Shown here piece by piece: positions 13,129-25,655 of a DNA stretch of 64,000 bases (position 1 is the stretch's first letter; each line of letters begins with the position of its first letter). The position numbers were made by a program, and so were the translations under genes. The notes under the pieces are model-generated. The model saw nothing but the letters and a program-made list of their open reading frames with translations. It had not been told where the DNA came from and searched no databases. Source of the DNA: Heterodontus francisci (Eukaryota); assembly GCF_036365525.1 (NCBI RefSeq), contig NC_090414.1, positions 20,173,846-20,237,845 on the forward strand. Direction: 5' to 3'.

Positions 13129-15099
13129 GTGAGTTGTGGTTTCAGTCTAACTTGCAACCATGGGGATGACGGAGGTTTTTGTGTGTGTTTGTCGTTTGCC
13201 CTTTTGCACTATTCAGAGTCCACAACAAAACCAACTGGGCTTTCCTTTTGTTTCCAGTTAGCAACTGCAACTCAAATTTGCATTTTCAGAGCCCCTGGCT
13301 CCCTGTTTACGATCCGAGAGTCTGGGAGAGCGAAACCTATTGTCCTTTGGGTGCTACAGTCTTACAAGCTGCTTTCAAAAGGGTCTTTGATTTGATCTCC
13401 TTGTTTGCGTGCTAACTAAGATCCACTTGGCTTGTTTCAAGGCAGACCTGTGTGAAGTCGCATATCTCCTGAATCCTTTTGACGCTACATTTAAAAAAAA
13501 AAATCACAGGTTTTAAAACCTAATCACAGTCCAGTGTTCATAACGGGGGAGGGGCGGGGAGACCTCCTTGGTGTTTCAATGCTTTGGGGAGGGGGGAAAT
13601 GTTGAAATGGATTGAGGGTTTCTGTTCTTGATTGCTCTTCCCTTAGTGAACCAGGTGTGTTGTGGACACTGGATGAAAATGGAAAGTTGTGATGCCTCCC
13701 TTGGTCGAATGATCTGATACTGGCATGTACATTTTTTTTTTTTCCCCCTTTGTGGCAGGGGCCTTCCGGAAGGGAAGAAAATTTGGGGCGATAAAAGCTG
13801 GAGAATGAGGCTGGGTTTACACTAGGAGGTTTCCCCCCCCCCCCCACTTAACACTGGAGTAACACAGGAGTTGGACTCTAGCGGGTGGTGGATGAAAACC
13901 CACTATGGGGCTTCTGAATCTACTAGGAGCACAGGAGAGGGCCATTCAACCCATTGTGTCTGTGCTAGCTCTTTGTCAAAGCAATGCAGAATGAATCTCA
14001 CTTTCTTGCCATAACCCTACAACATTGCTTTCTTATCCCATTTTCCTTTTTTTTTAAACAAAAAAAAGATCTGCTTCAACTACTTTAGTTGTGTTCCATG
14101 CTCCCACAATCCTGTGTAAAGAATTTTCTCCTAACTGTTGGTCACCAAATGTTAATAACTCCATGTCACTGACTCCCCCAGTTCAGGCCACAGCTTGAAT
14201 ATCGTGTCCACGTCTGGCTAGCCTGATGCACGAGTGACGTTCTCACTCTCATTGGATACTGCAAAGGGAGGGCAAGTGTCTGAGGGCGCCGGCTTAAAAT
14301 GAGCGTGCAACGCTCAGCTACGGTGCTGCCTTGTGCGTCACGGCCATGAAAAGGCCACATGTTGGCGATCCCTTGCGGATCCTTTTGAATGCCCACAGTT
14401 ATCTGATCCAACAAGCTGAAGCCTCTAGTGTATGTATATACTGCATGTGCGTGGGTTAGTGCACAGTATGTACTGGCATTCATGTGATTCCCGTCTCCTG
14501 ATCGCTGAAATGTCACACACAAAGCATGCAGGCTAAAAGCATGGGTCAGATTTATTTACAAATTAAAATACACAGAAGCCGATGTACCAAGTTACTGAAT
14601 TAATACAAGAATTCTGAAATCGCCCCAAAATGGGTTAAAATGCCCCCCCCCTTTTTTTTTTTTAAATGAGCTGTTTCTTATACTGGGCTGTTAGGTGAAA
14701 TATTCTTTTAGTAAACCTTCATGTTCGTGCTCTGTTCAGGATCGAATTTGAACCTCTTGGCGAGAGGAGAATGTCCTGTACAGAAAAGCTCTTCCCCCCC
14801 CCTCAATTGTCAATCCGCTATAAGATGTGTTGCTGTCAAAAATACTGAGCAGGATTTCTTACTCTGTCTGCTTTTGAAGGAAATACTTGGCCCATGTACC
14901 ATTTTTAAAAAATAAGAAACTAGAATTAAGTTTTTACTCTAATTCCGATCAAACAACCTGACAAGGGAATTATTAGCACCTAACTAGCTACTGCCTAAAC
15001 TGTATTCTTGTTAAAACTGACAATCTCCCTCTTTTTTTTTATTATAACTGCCCCATTTTCTCCAGTACTAACCAACTTCTAAATCCTTCATTTGGGCAG

Positions 15100-15277
15100 C
15101 AGCCGGATGTCTCTCACTTCAAGTCAAGCCTTTTACCTGATGGTGAATAACCGCAGTCTGGCAAGCATGTCCCTCACGATGGCTGAGATCTACGCTGAGT
15201 ACAAGGAAGAGGATGGCTTTCTCTACATGACTTACGCCTCCCAGGAGATGTTTGGGCTCCGCTGGGCAAAGGCCTGA
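15100..15277 (+). CDS. map1lc3c: MAP1LC3C-like exon 4 (terminal); conserved Gly followed by a 6-aa tail
   Basis: SRMSLTSSQAFYLMVNNRSLASMSLTMAEIYAEYKEEDGFLYMTYASQEMFG-LRWAKA*; AATAAA signals at ~15838-15870. Confidence 0.95.
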
Positions 15278-16155
15278 GGACTGCCAGTGAGCGTCGTGAA
15301 GTGTGACCGTGAAATGCTGGTGTTAAATCCATGTTCTGATTTTTTTTTTTTACTGTTCCCTTTTTGTGTCCGTTTCAATTCCCATACGCTCCCTCGGGGC
15401 CCTGTGGGTTGGTACCTTTTGACAAAGCTCCTCCCACTTCTCAGCTGGTGCCTGTAATGCAGAACCTAAACATGCCTGATGATTTCTGCATCATTAAAAT
15501 TGATTTGTAGCCATGACGATCTGGTGCTTGTAACCAGGATAGAAACTCTGTCTTTGCGACACATTCTCCAGTTTTTGTAATGGGTAACTGGAGTGAACGG
15601 AGAGGTTGGAAAGGCTGACAGCTTCCTTGACTGTTTGTCATCTCCACGGTGGAGGAAACAGTGTCAGTTGCCACTGGATACTTCACTCAATGGATCAGGG
15701 TGGGATTTTTATAAGCATGTTTTTCTACCTGAAAGTGGGTGTTGAAGATTGGGCCCAATGAAGGTTGAGGTGGGTAGTTCATTAATAGAGGCTTAAACTG
15801 AGACAGGTTCTGATCTGTGTAAAAAGGGAGTGCTTGAAATAAAAAAAATAAAACAGCTTGGAAAAATAAAAAAACTCAATGCTTTCAGTAAATAGAGGCT
15901 GACGAGCCCCAGCGTTACAGAGGGAGTACTGTTGTCAGAAGTGCTGTCTTTCAGGTGAGATGCAACAGGAAGCCCTGTCTCCATAAAAGATTGCGTGGAA
16001 TGGTTTGGATAACTCTCTATGCTGTCTCATCAAACACATCCAGGGCAGGTACAGTACAGGGTTGTCTGCTGCCTGATTGGGACTGCTGAGTACATCAATG
16101 AGCACCAGCTGGCAGTGCTGCAGTCAGTTGCTGTCTTCTGGACCTCTGACAGGGC

Positions 16156-19100
16156 ATGATGCCATGCCGTGGGTTGGGGCATGTTCATAAGAACTGCCCT
16201 AACCTCCCGGCTGCCAACTCCACCTCAGTGACCCAGAGGTTTTCAGCCTATGGCGGGGAGGGGGGGGTGCCCGTCCGAGTGGAAGGAAGATGCGGAGAAA
16301 AAGTAAAAGGCGTGCCCCCCTGGACAGCAAGACATAACCCGAGCCGGAGCTCAGCCCAAGGCCCGCTCCCAGGGAACCCACCTGCCCCAGGGCTGGGCTG
16401 GACTCAGGCCCAGGGTAACCAATCAAAAGGTGGGTGTGGAGGCCCCCCGATGACATGGAGGTCTCTGAGCTTCTGCGGCCTAGTAGGGGAAAAAGATGAG
16501 AAGGTGCCCCTAAACGGAGGTAAAACAGGCCCCTGAGGTGCAGGGCCCATCTGCTGGAGGGGAGCTGTCTCCTGGTTCAGGTCCCCAGGTTCCCCCTGCC
16601 ACCACCACCATCAAGGCTGTAAAGTCTGGGCAGGAGCTCCCCACCCCTCAGGATGGAGGGGAGGGGGAGTCCCCTGTACGTGCAGCGGAACTCCAGGATT
16701 TCCTCGCAGCATGCAGGGGTTGCCGCAATAAAGTTCAGCTGTCCCTCGGCCGTTGGCCGAATCTGGCGCAAATCATCCAGTCCGTCCGTGCTGCCCTCAA
16801 GAAGGTGGGGAAGGGTGCGGGCGTGAAACTGGTTGAGAGGCGCTGGTTTAAAGCATTCCTCAATGGGTTGCTGGAGGAGTGGAAGGCCAGGTGCACTTCC
16901 GCTCCCTCGCGGTGAGGTGTTGGTGACGGGTTTTAAGTACCTTTGACATGAAGATAACTGTAGCCAGCCTCAACATCAACGGCAGCAGAGGGGCTCACCG
17001 CAGATTTCACAATCTCTCAGTCCTTAGGGAAGGGAGATACGCAGTGAGCTTTCTGCAGGAAACCCACACCGTTCCGGGAGACGAAGCCACCTGGCTCCTG
17101 GAGTGGCAGGGTGGGGTCTACATGAGTCACCTCACCTCTATTTCTAGTGGGGTGGCTATCTTGTTGGCCCCGACTTTTCAGCTGGAGATCTTGGGGATCA
17201 AGGAGCTAGTTCCGGGCCGCTTGCTCCACCTCGCTGTTCACCTGGGTAGCGTGCCGCTCCACTTTGTGAACGTGTATGTGCCCAGGCCCGGCGCGTTGCA
17301 AGCGCGCTTCTTTGAAGAAGTGTCCGCTCTCTTGAGCTCCATCGATAGCGGCGAGTGCATCATCCTCGGGGAGGATTTTAACTGCACCCTCGAGGTGGGA
17401 TCGCTCCGGTCCCCAGCGTGGCCAAGCGTCGGTGAAGAAGTTGAGGGGACTGATCAGCTCCCTTAACTTGGTGGATGTCTGGCGGAATCTCCATCCCGAC
17501 TCCAGCGCCTTCATGTGGAGGTCTGGAGGAGGAGGGTCACGAATCGACCGCCTCTACTTTTCGCAGGCATATGTTTCCCGCGTCTCAGCGGCCTCCATGC
17601 GGCTGGTGCCGTGCTCGGACCACCGCGTGGTGTGGGCGGAGTTCACACTGCACGCGGCCGGGGTCCGCGTACTGGCACTTTAACAACCGGCTGCTGGAAG
17701 ACGAGCGATTTCGGGACTCGTTCCGTCTATTCTGGGCTGACTGGAGAAGGAAGCAGGGGGGCTTCCCCTCCTTGAGGCTATGGTGGGATGTGGGCAAGAC
17801 TCACATCCGCGTCTTCTGTCAGGAGTACGCGAAGGGGTCGACCAAGAGGCGGGAAGCCGAGATCGGGCGCCTTGAGAGGGAGGTGCTCGACTTGGAATCC
17901 CGCCTCGGTCATGCCGTCGTGGACCCGGCCCTGTCGTAGGCGTACAAAGAGAAGGGGGCGCTGAGGGACCTGCAGCTCATCGGGTCCTGAGGCGCGTACG
18001 TGAGGTTGCGGATCCAGATCCTGGAAGATTTGGACCGCGCCTCACCCTTCTTCTACTCGCTGGAAAAATGGCGGGGGGACCGTAAGCAGCTCGTCGAGCT
18101 GCTGGCCGACGACGGATCCTCCATCACGGATCCAGAGGGAATGGGCCTCCTGGTCCATACTTATTACAGTGCGTTGTTCTCTCCGGATCCGTCCAGTGAT
18201 GACGCACGCAGAGTTGTGATGTGAGAGAACCTTCCCGAGGCCGCCGAAGGGTTGGACGCTCCTTGGCAGAGCTGACCGGTGCCCCCACCAGCTCTCTAGG
18301 GGCAAATCCCCGGGGCTAGATGGGCTGACCATAGAGTTCCTCAGGGCGTTCTGGGACGTCCTGGGGGACGATTACGCGCGGGTCCTGGGGGAAAGCCTTG
18401 CGACCGGGGAGATGCCCCTCTCGTGGCGCAGGGCGGTCATCGTCCTGCTGCTGAAGACGGGCGATTTCTGCCTGCTTAAAAACTGGCGTCCGGTCTCCCT
18501 CCTCAGCACGGATTATAAGATCTTTTCCCAGGCTATGTCTACCAGCCTGGGCTCCGTGCTGGCCCACGTGATCCACCCTGACCAGTCCTACACGGTCCCG
18601 GGCCATCCAGGACAACATCCACCTGGTCCGGGACCTGATCCATCTTTTCCAGAGGACTGGTCAGTTGGTCACCTTTCTTTCCCTCTATCAGGAGGTGTTC
18701 AACAGGGTGGATCACAAATACCTTTTCGGGATTCTGCGTGCTTTCGGATTCGGGTCACATTTTGTGGCCCGGGTCCGACTTTTATACGCCGCTGCAGAGC
18801 GTCTGGTCAAAGTTAACGGGTCCTTGACGGCGCCCCTTCGCTTTGGGAGAGGTGTGGGAGAGGCCAATTGTATACCATCTGCGTGGAGCCCTTCCTGTGC
18901 CTGCTTCGCAGGAGGTTGACGGGATTGGCTCTGCGCGAGCCGGCCATGCGGGTCGTCCTCTTGGCTAACGCCGACGACGTGCTCCTCGCGGTCACAGATC
19001 CCGTTGACTCAGAGGATGCGCGACTGCCAGCAGACCTTTTCTGCCGCATCCTCCGTGGGGATCAATTGGGAGAAATGTTCCGGACTCCTGGTGGGTCAGT

Positions 19101-19660
19101 GGCGCGTGGACTCCCTGCCGAAGGTGTTCACAGCTTTTGCGTGGAGCACCACGCACCTCCTCTATCTGGGAGTCCACCTTAGCCCCATTGAGAGCACCTG
19201 TACAGGCTGCTCCTGCACAATCTCCACTTCTTCGCCCTCGTCTGCCACCCAGACACGCCATGGTGGTCCATGTTGCCATCTGGCGGCGAGGGGAAACCCC
19301 GGTGGAGGTCTCTCTACGCGGGAGTCCTTCCCCCTTTTACATTGGGGACCTGGGGTGGAGGGTGCTGCACAGGGCAGTCCCGTGCAATAGACTTTTAAGT
19401 AGGTTCACCGACTCCCAGGCTGCTTGAATTTCTGCGGCCTGGACGAGTCTGTGTTCCATGTATATACGGAGTGTGCGAGGTTGCAGCCCCTCTGGTGAGT
19501 ATTTGAAGGGGCTGCTCTTCAAGTTCTGGCTGCACTTCAGTCCCACGCTCCTGTTCTTTGGGCAGCTGGTGCGGAGGGGCGTGGGCCGCGAGGAGTATCT
19601 TATCGGTCTGGGCCTGGCCAAGGTGGCAATTCAGAGGTCCAGGCTGCAGGCCATCGGGAG
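16156..19660 (+). mobile_element. Degenerate Tx1/L1-clade non-LTR retrotransposon (ORF1 remnant plus broken ORF2)
   Basis: Zn-knuckle remnant CRGLGHVHKNCP; APE start MKITVASLNING...FLQETH, SDH motif; RT motifs KNWRPVSLLSTDYK and NADD (YADD mutated); C-terminal FCG..ESVFHVYTEC; many stops and frameshifts. Confidence 0.92.
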
Positions 19661-22600
19661 CTACAAGAGATCGTCCCAGGATGATAGAAAGGAAAGTCAA
19701 CATTGCTGACCGTGACCCAGATTAAGTGCGGCCTGGAACATTGGTCAAGTCTGCAGCATTAATAGTGTCCCGCTACGTCTATTACACACGGTGGCGGTCC
19801 TACAAGGTAACTGCCAGACTGAAGATAGACTCGATGCTGACAAGCTGTACAATCTCTCTTTAATTCTGAGTACAAAAAAAAAGCATTGGCAAAGAGGAGG
19901 GATATTTACATAAGAGACTGATAAATCTTTAAAACCCTCTTCAGCTCATTGCAGGTAAAGACAGTTCCTCCTCACGTCTTATTCACAATCCTAACCCTCG
20001 CCCTTTCTTCTTAATTTAAAAAAAAAATAAGCCCACGTGGCACGAAGCATTTACTGTGACTGAGCGGACAAGCGCTGCTACTCGCTGGCGTCTGGTTCCA
20101 AGGCATCGGTATCTTCCATGGAAAAGCCAAAAACTGGGAATCAAGACAGAACAAAGATCACATGGTTAGCTCACCTGCACAGGACGCTAATTGCTCTTCA
20201 TTCTCCCCCACCGCATTGCTCGAGCTTGCAATTCTCTCTTGGGTCGGCTATTTGACTACAGGGGCGTCTCAGGACACCCCATTTCCCCCTCCTGCCTGCC
20301 TCTTGACATCCGTTTTCTGGCGGGACATTCTGGAGTTTCCGTGGCACTTTTATTCTCTCCCCCCCACCCTCCCGAAAAACCGTGTTGTTTCAAAGTGCTT
20401 GTAGCCTCAGCCCGTCAGGAAGCTGCTGCCTGACGGGAGGAGGCTGTTCGACTCTACAGATTACCTGTGCCTTCGGCTAAACTCTGTCCTGGCATGCCAC
20501 TGAGCAGGCTTTCGGAGCTCGGGCTGTGTATCTCGTGTGGAGCTGTAAGAGGAGAGCACACGAGCCAGTCAGAAAGCATCGGGAACAACAGTCGTCACCC
20601 ACGTGAGGACTCCCCAGCACCCCATTATTTTACAAGAAGCTGAGATGCCAACAGGAGCAGGCGTGTGTTCCAGAACCCATCAGATCGCGACTTCTCGGAC
20701 GGATTCGGGGACTGCAGAAGCTCCAACTGGACCTCAGTCTGTTGGCCAAAGACTTGCCTGAAAAACACTAGCAAACAGGAACCCGTACCTGTTTCAGAAC
20801 GTTCCGACTGTACTGAGCTCCGCTCTGCTGCTACAACAACGTCCAACGACTTGCCTGAAAGATAGGGACAATATTTCAGTGATTAGGACCCGTACCCTTC
20901 AAATGATTAGACATCAGGGTACTTGGTTACTCCAATGGAATGCATTTTTATGGAAGGTACAGCACAGAAACAAGACCATTCGGCCCATCTGCTCCCTGCT
21001 GGTGTTTGTGCTCCACACGAACCTCCTCCCACCCTCTCTCCATCTCACCCCATCAACATCTCCTTCTATTCCTTTCTCCCTCATGTGTTTAACCAGTTTC
21101 CCCTTAAATGCATCGATACTATTCACCTCAACCACTCCCTGTGGTAGCGAGTTCCACATTCTCCCCAGTGTCCGGGGCCCAATATTAATCCCTCAACCAA
21201 CCAAAAAAAAAAAAATGAGCTGGGTCATCATCACATTGCTGCTTGTGGGATCTTGCTGTGTGCAAATTAGCTGCCGCGATTCCTACATTACAGCAGTGAC
21301 ATTTCAAAAGTTCTTCATTGGTTGTAAAGCGCTTTGGAGCATCCGGAGGTCATGAAAGGTGCTACAACAATGCAGGGCTTTCTTTCAAAATGCACCACTT
21401 TGCACTTATCTACGTTGAAATTAATTTGCCAATTACACATACATTTATGCATTTTGTCACAGTCTTCACCTGCTTTAGCCAATTTCCAATTGTTTATATA
21501 AATGGTGAACAACAGTGGTTCCCAATACTAATCCTTGTGGAACACCACTCCCCATCATTTGAGAATCTGAGTAACTAACCTTAACCCCTTCCTCTCTCTG
21601 TTCTGTTTTGTAGCCAGCTTGCTATCCTTTCAGCTACTTACCCTCTGACCTTGATCACGAGTCTACGATGCGGCACCTTGTCGAAGGCCTTTCGAAAATC
21701 TAAATATATTACATCTACTTCATTACCCATATCTACCCTTTTTCGTACTTCAAAGAAATCTGTGCTGACTGTTCTTTATATTTCTGGTTTCTCGATGTTT
21801 CTCTTACATCTTTGAGTAAGGATTCCATTATCTTTCCTGCGACTGACTGTAAGCTAACTGGTCTATAGTTCCCTGGATTCGTTCTCCCATGCTAAATACA
21901 GGAATCACTAACTTTCCGCCAGCGCCCTGGCACTATTCCCTTTGCTAACGAATTTTGATATGTATTTAATAATGTTTCTGCTACCTCTTCCCAAACTGCT
22001 TTTAATCTGCGTGGCTGCAATCCACTTTGACCGGGGATTTTTTTTCTTTTGGGCAATGTTTAGTTAATTAGAAATTGTACCTTTTACAGACTGTACAGAC
22101 ATTATGGAGCTGCGGTCATACTGCGCGGTGCTTTCCATCGACGTGGCTGTAAAATATGGACAATATTTAGATGATTGGATCTCATATCTTTTTTTTAATG
22201 ATCACACACCAGAGAGTTTTGTAACTCCAGTGGCATCCAATGACATGGAACAACATAGAATTCCCAGCACAGAAACAGGCCATTCGGCCCATCAACTCTC
22301 ACCTGGTGTTTCTGCTCCACACGAGCCTCCTCCCACCCCCTCTCCATCTCACCCCTTCACCATCTCCTTCTATTCCTTTCTCCCTCATGTGTTTATCCAG
22401 CTTCCCCTTCAACATTGAAATTATTTAGTGAATTATACACCCATTCTGCAAGTTTATTAATGTCTTGTATTTTGATGCAGTCCTTCTCAGTATTAACTCA
22501 TCCCCAATTTAATTGGATCTTGTACTTTTGAATCTCTGATCCAAATCTTTTACCTGAACAGTAAACAGCACTGATCCTTGTGGAACACCACTCCCCACCA

Positions 22601-22689
22601 TTTGAGAATCCGAGTCGCTATGTCTAACCTGTACTGTCTGTTTTCGGTTTTGCGGCCAGCTTGCTATCCATTCAGCTACTTGCAGGGAA

Positions 22690-25655
22690 TAGCGTTAAAA
22701 ATAAAAATTAAAGGCTCTTTTTCTGAATGCACAAAGCATTCACAATAAGATGGATGAACTAGTAGCACAAATAGAGATAAATCGCCATTACAGAGACACG
22801 GTTACAAGGTGACCAAGGTTGGGAAATAAATATTCCAGGGTGTACAGCATTTTGAAAAAGACAGACAGAATAGAGAACGAGGAGGGGTAGTCCTGATAGT
22901 AAAGGACATTAGTGAGAAAGAATCTTGGCTAAGATCAGGAAGTAGAATCGGTATGGATGGAGATCAGGAATAACAAGGGTCAGAAATTGCCAATGGGAGT
23001 AGGTTATAGGCGCCCCAACAGTAGTTAGATCATTGGACAGAGCATTAAACAAAAAATAATTGAAGCCGATAACAAAGGCAATGTAATAATTGTGGGAGAC
23101 TTTAATCTTCACGTAGACTGGACAAATTCAATTGGCAAAGGTGGTCTGGAAGATGAGTTTGTAGAATGCTTTTGTGACAGTTTCCTGGAACAATACGTTG
23201 TGGAACCAATTCGGGATAAAGCTATTTTAGCTCTAGTATTGTGCAATGAAGCAAGGTTAATTAGTAATGTCATAGTAAATGACCTACTGGGAAAAAGTGA
23301 TCATAAAACAACTGCATTCCATATTAAGTTTGAAAGCGACATACTCCAGTCCCAAACAACAATCTTAAACTTATAGCTGTGCTTTGTTTGAGGGGAGAGC
23401 TGGCTAAGGTTGATTGGGTAAGTAGACTAAAAGGTATAGCGGTAAATAAACAGCATGAAGCAATTTAAAATGTTCAAGTTAGGTCAAGGGTAGTATTAGA
23501 TTAAAAGAGGCTGATAATGTGGCAGAGTTGTAGTAAGCCTGAGGATTGAAAGCATTTTAGAAACCAGTAAAGGCCACCAAAAAATTGATAAGGGAAAAAG
23601 AATAGAGAAAACTAGTCAGGAATATAAAAACAGATAAGAGTATATATATACACAAGTATATAAAGAGGAGAGTAGCTAAAGGACACAAAACGTTTCAGAT
23701 CAATGACCCTTCTCCACAGATGCTGCCTGACCTGCTGAGTATTTCCAGCATTCTGCAGCATTTTGCATTTGTTCGAGCTGAAGTAAATGCTGCTCTCTCA
23801 GAGGCAGAGACTGGAGAAATTATCATGGGGAATGAGGAAATGGCAAGAGACATTGAACAAGTATTTTGTGCCTGTCTTCACAGTACAAGATACAAATTAC
23901 ATAGCAGAAATATCAGCAGAGGAAAAAGTATTGGAGAAACTTAAGGGAATAAAATCTAACAAATCCCCAATAGCTGACATGCGAGGGCTCTAAAAGAGGT
24001 AGCTGCAGAGATAGTGGATGCGCTGGTTATGATTTTGCAAAATTCCCTAGATTCTAGAACGGTCCCAGCAGATTGGAAGTTAGCAAATGTAACTGTTAAT
24101 GGCTAAAGGTAAACAGTCGAAGGGCTTTGTTCAATTAAGGATATGAAAGTGAATATAAAGAGAGCCTGCTGGACACAGGGATGGTTGGAGAACAGAAGGC
24201 AGAGATGTGTAATGCTCTGTGAATAAACTGACGAGCCAGAAAAAGATCCACATCCAGGTTCATCTTGCATGCACTTAACAGTAACAAGAACAAGGGAGAG
24301 AGAAAACGGGGGACTATCGGCCAGTTAGCCTGACATCAGTTGTTGGGAAAAGGCTGGAATCTATTATTAAGTCCTAATAATGCACTTAGAAAATCATAGG
24401 ATGATCAGATAAAGTCAACTTGGTTTTAAGAAAGGGAAATCATGTTTGACAAATCTAGGAGGGTAGATAAAGGGGAACCAGTAGATGTAGTCTACTATAT
24501 TTCCAAAAGGCATTCGATAAGGTGCCATACAAAAGGTTAATCGTCAAGATAAGGGTTCATGGAGGTGGATGTAATATTAGCATGGATAAAGGATTGGTTA
24601 ACAGACAGGAAGCAGAGTAGGGATCAATGGATATTTTCAAGTTGGCAGGCAGTAACTAGTAGAGTGCCACAAGGATCAGTGCTGGGACCTCAGCTATTTA
24701 CACTCTATATTAATGACTTAGATGAAGAGACAGAGAGTAATGTATCTACGTTTGCTGATGATGCAAAGGTAGGTGGAAAGGTAAGCTGTGGGGGGGGACA
24801 GAGAGGCTGCAGAGAGATATAGACAGGTTAAGTGAGTGGGCAACAAGATGGCAGATGGAGTACAATGTAGAGAAGTGTGAGGGTATTCAGTGTGGTTTTA
24901 AGAATAGAAAATCAGCATATTTTTAAAAAGGTTGTAAATTTACTTGTAAATGTTGATGTTCAGGGGGACTTGGGTGTGCTCTTACAAGGAGCACAAAGTT
25001 AACATGCAGGTACAGTAAGTAATTAGGAAGGAAAATGGCATGTTGTCCTTTATTGCAAGGGGATTGGAGTACAGGAATGAGCGAGTCTTGCTGTAATTGT
25101 ATACAGCTTTGGTGAGACCACATCTGGAGTACTGTGCGCAGTTTTGGTCTCCATATTTAAGAAAGGATATACTTACACTGGAGGCGGTACAGTGAAGGTT
25201 CACTAAATTGGTCCCTGGGATGAGGGGGTTGTCCTATGATGAAAGGCTGAGTAAATTGGGTCTATACTCTCTGGAGTTTAGAAGAATGAGAGGTGATCTC
25301 ATTGAAACATACAAGATTCTGAAGGGGCTGGATAGGGTAGACACTGAGAGATGGTCGGGGAATCGAAAACACGGGGGCACTGTCTCAGGATAAGGGGCCG
25401 ATCATTTAAGACTGAGATGAGGAGAAATTACTTCACTCAAAGGGCTGTGAGTCTTTGGAATTCTCTACCCTAGAGGGTTGTAGATGCTCCATCATTGAAT
25501 ACATTTAAGGCTGGGTTAGACAGATTTTTGGTCTCTCAGGGAATCCAGGGCTTTGGGGAGCGGGCGGGAAAGTGGAGTTGAATCCTAAGAACAGCTACGA
25601 TTGTATTGAATGGTGCAGCAGGCTCGATGGGCCGAATGGTCAACTCCTGCTCTTA
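22690..25655 (+). mobile_element. CR1 LINE ORF2 (APE + RT, decayed) with 3' tail, inserted into one duplication unit
   Basis: GDFN (APE), [45 protein letters not shown]; 3' tail gggccgaatgg..ctcctgctcttatg. Confidence 0.93.
24094..24280 (+). mobile_element. Solo LTR (187 bp) nested in the CR1 element
   Basis: TGTTAA...TTAACA termini, 5-bp target-site duplication GTAAC (24089-24093 and 24281-24285), internal TATAAA followed by AATAAA. Confidence 0.85.

Noticed and set aside
19675-19710. GKSTLL Walker-A-like peptide
   Set aside because: Preceded by two in-frame stops and wrong Gly spacing; no other P-loop motifs.
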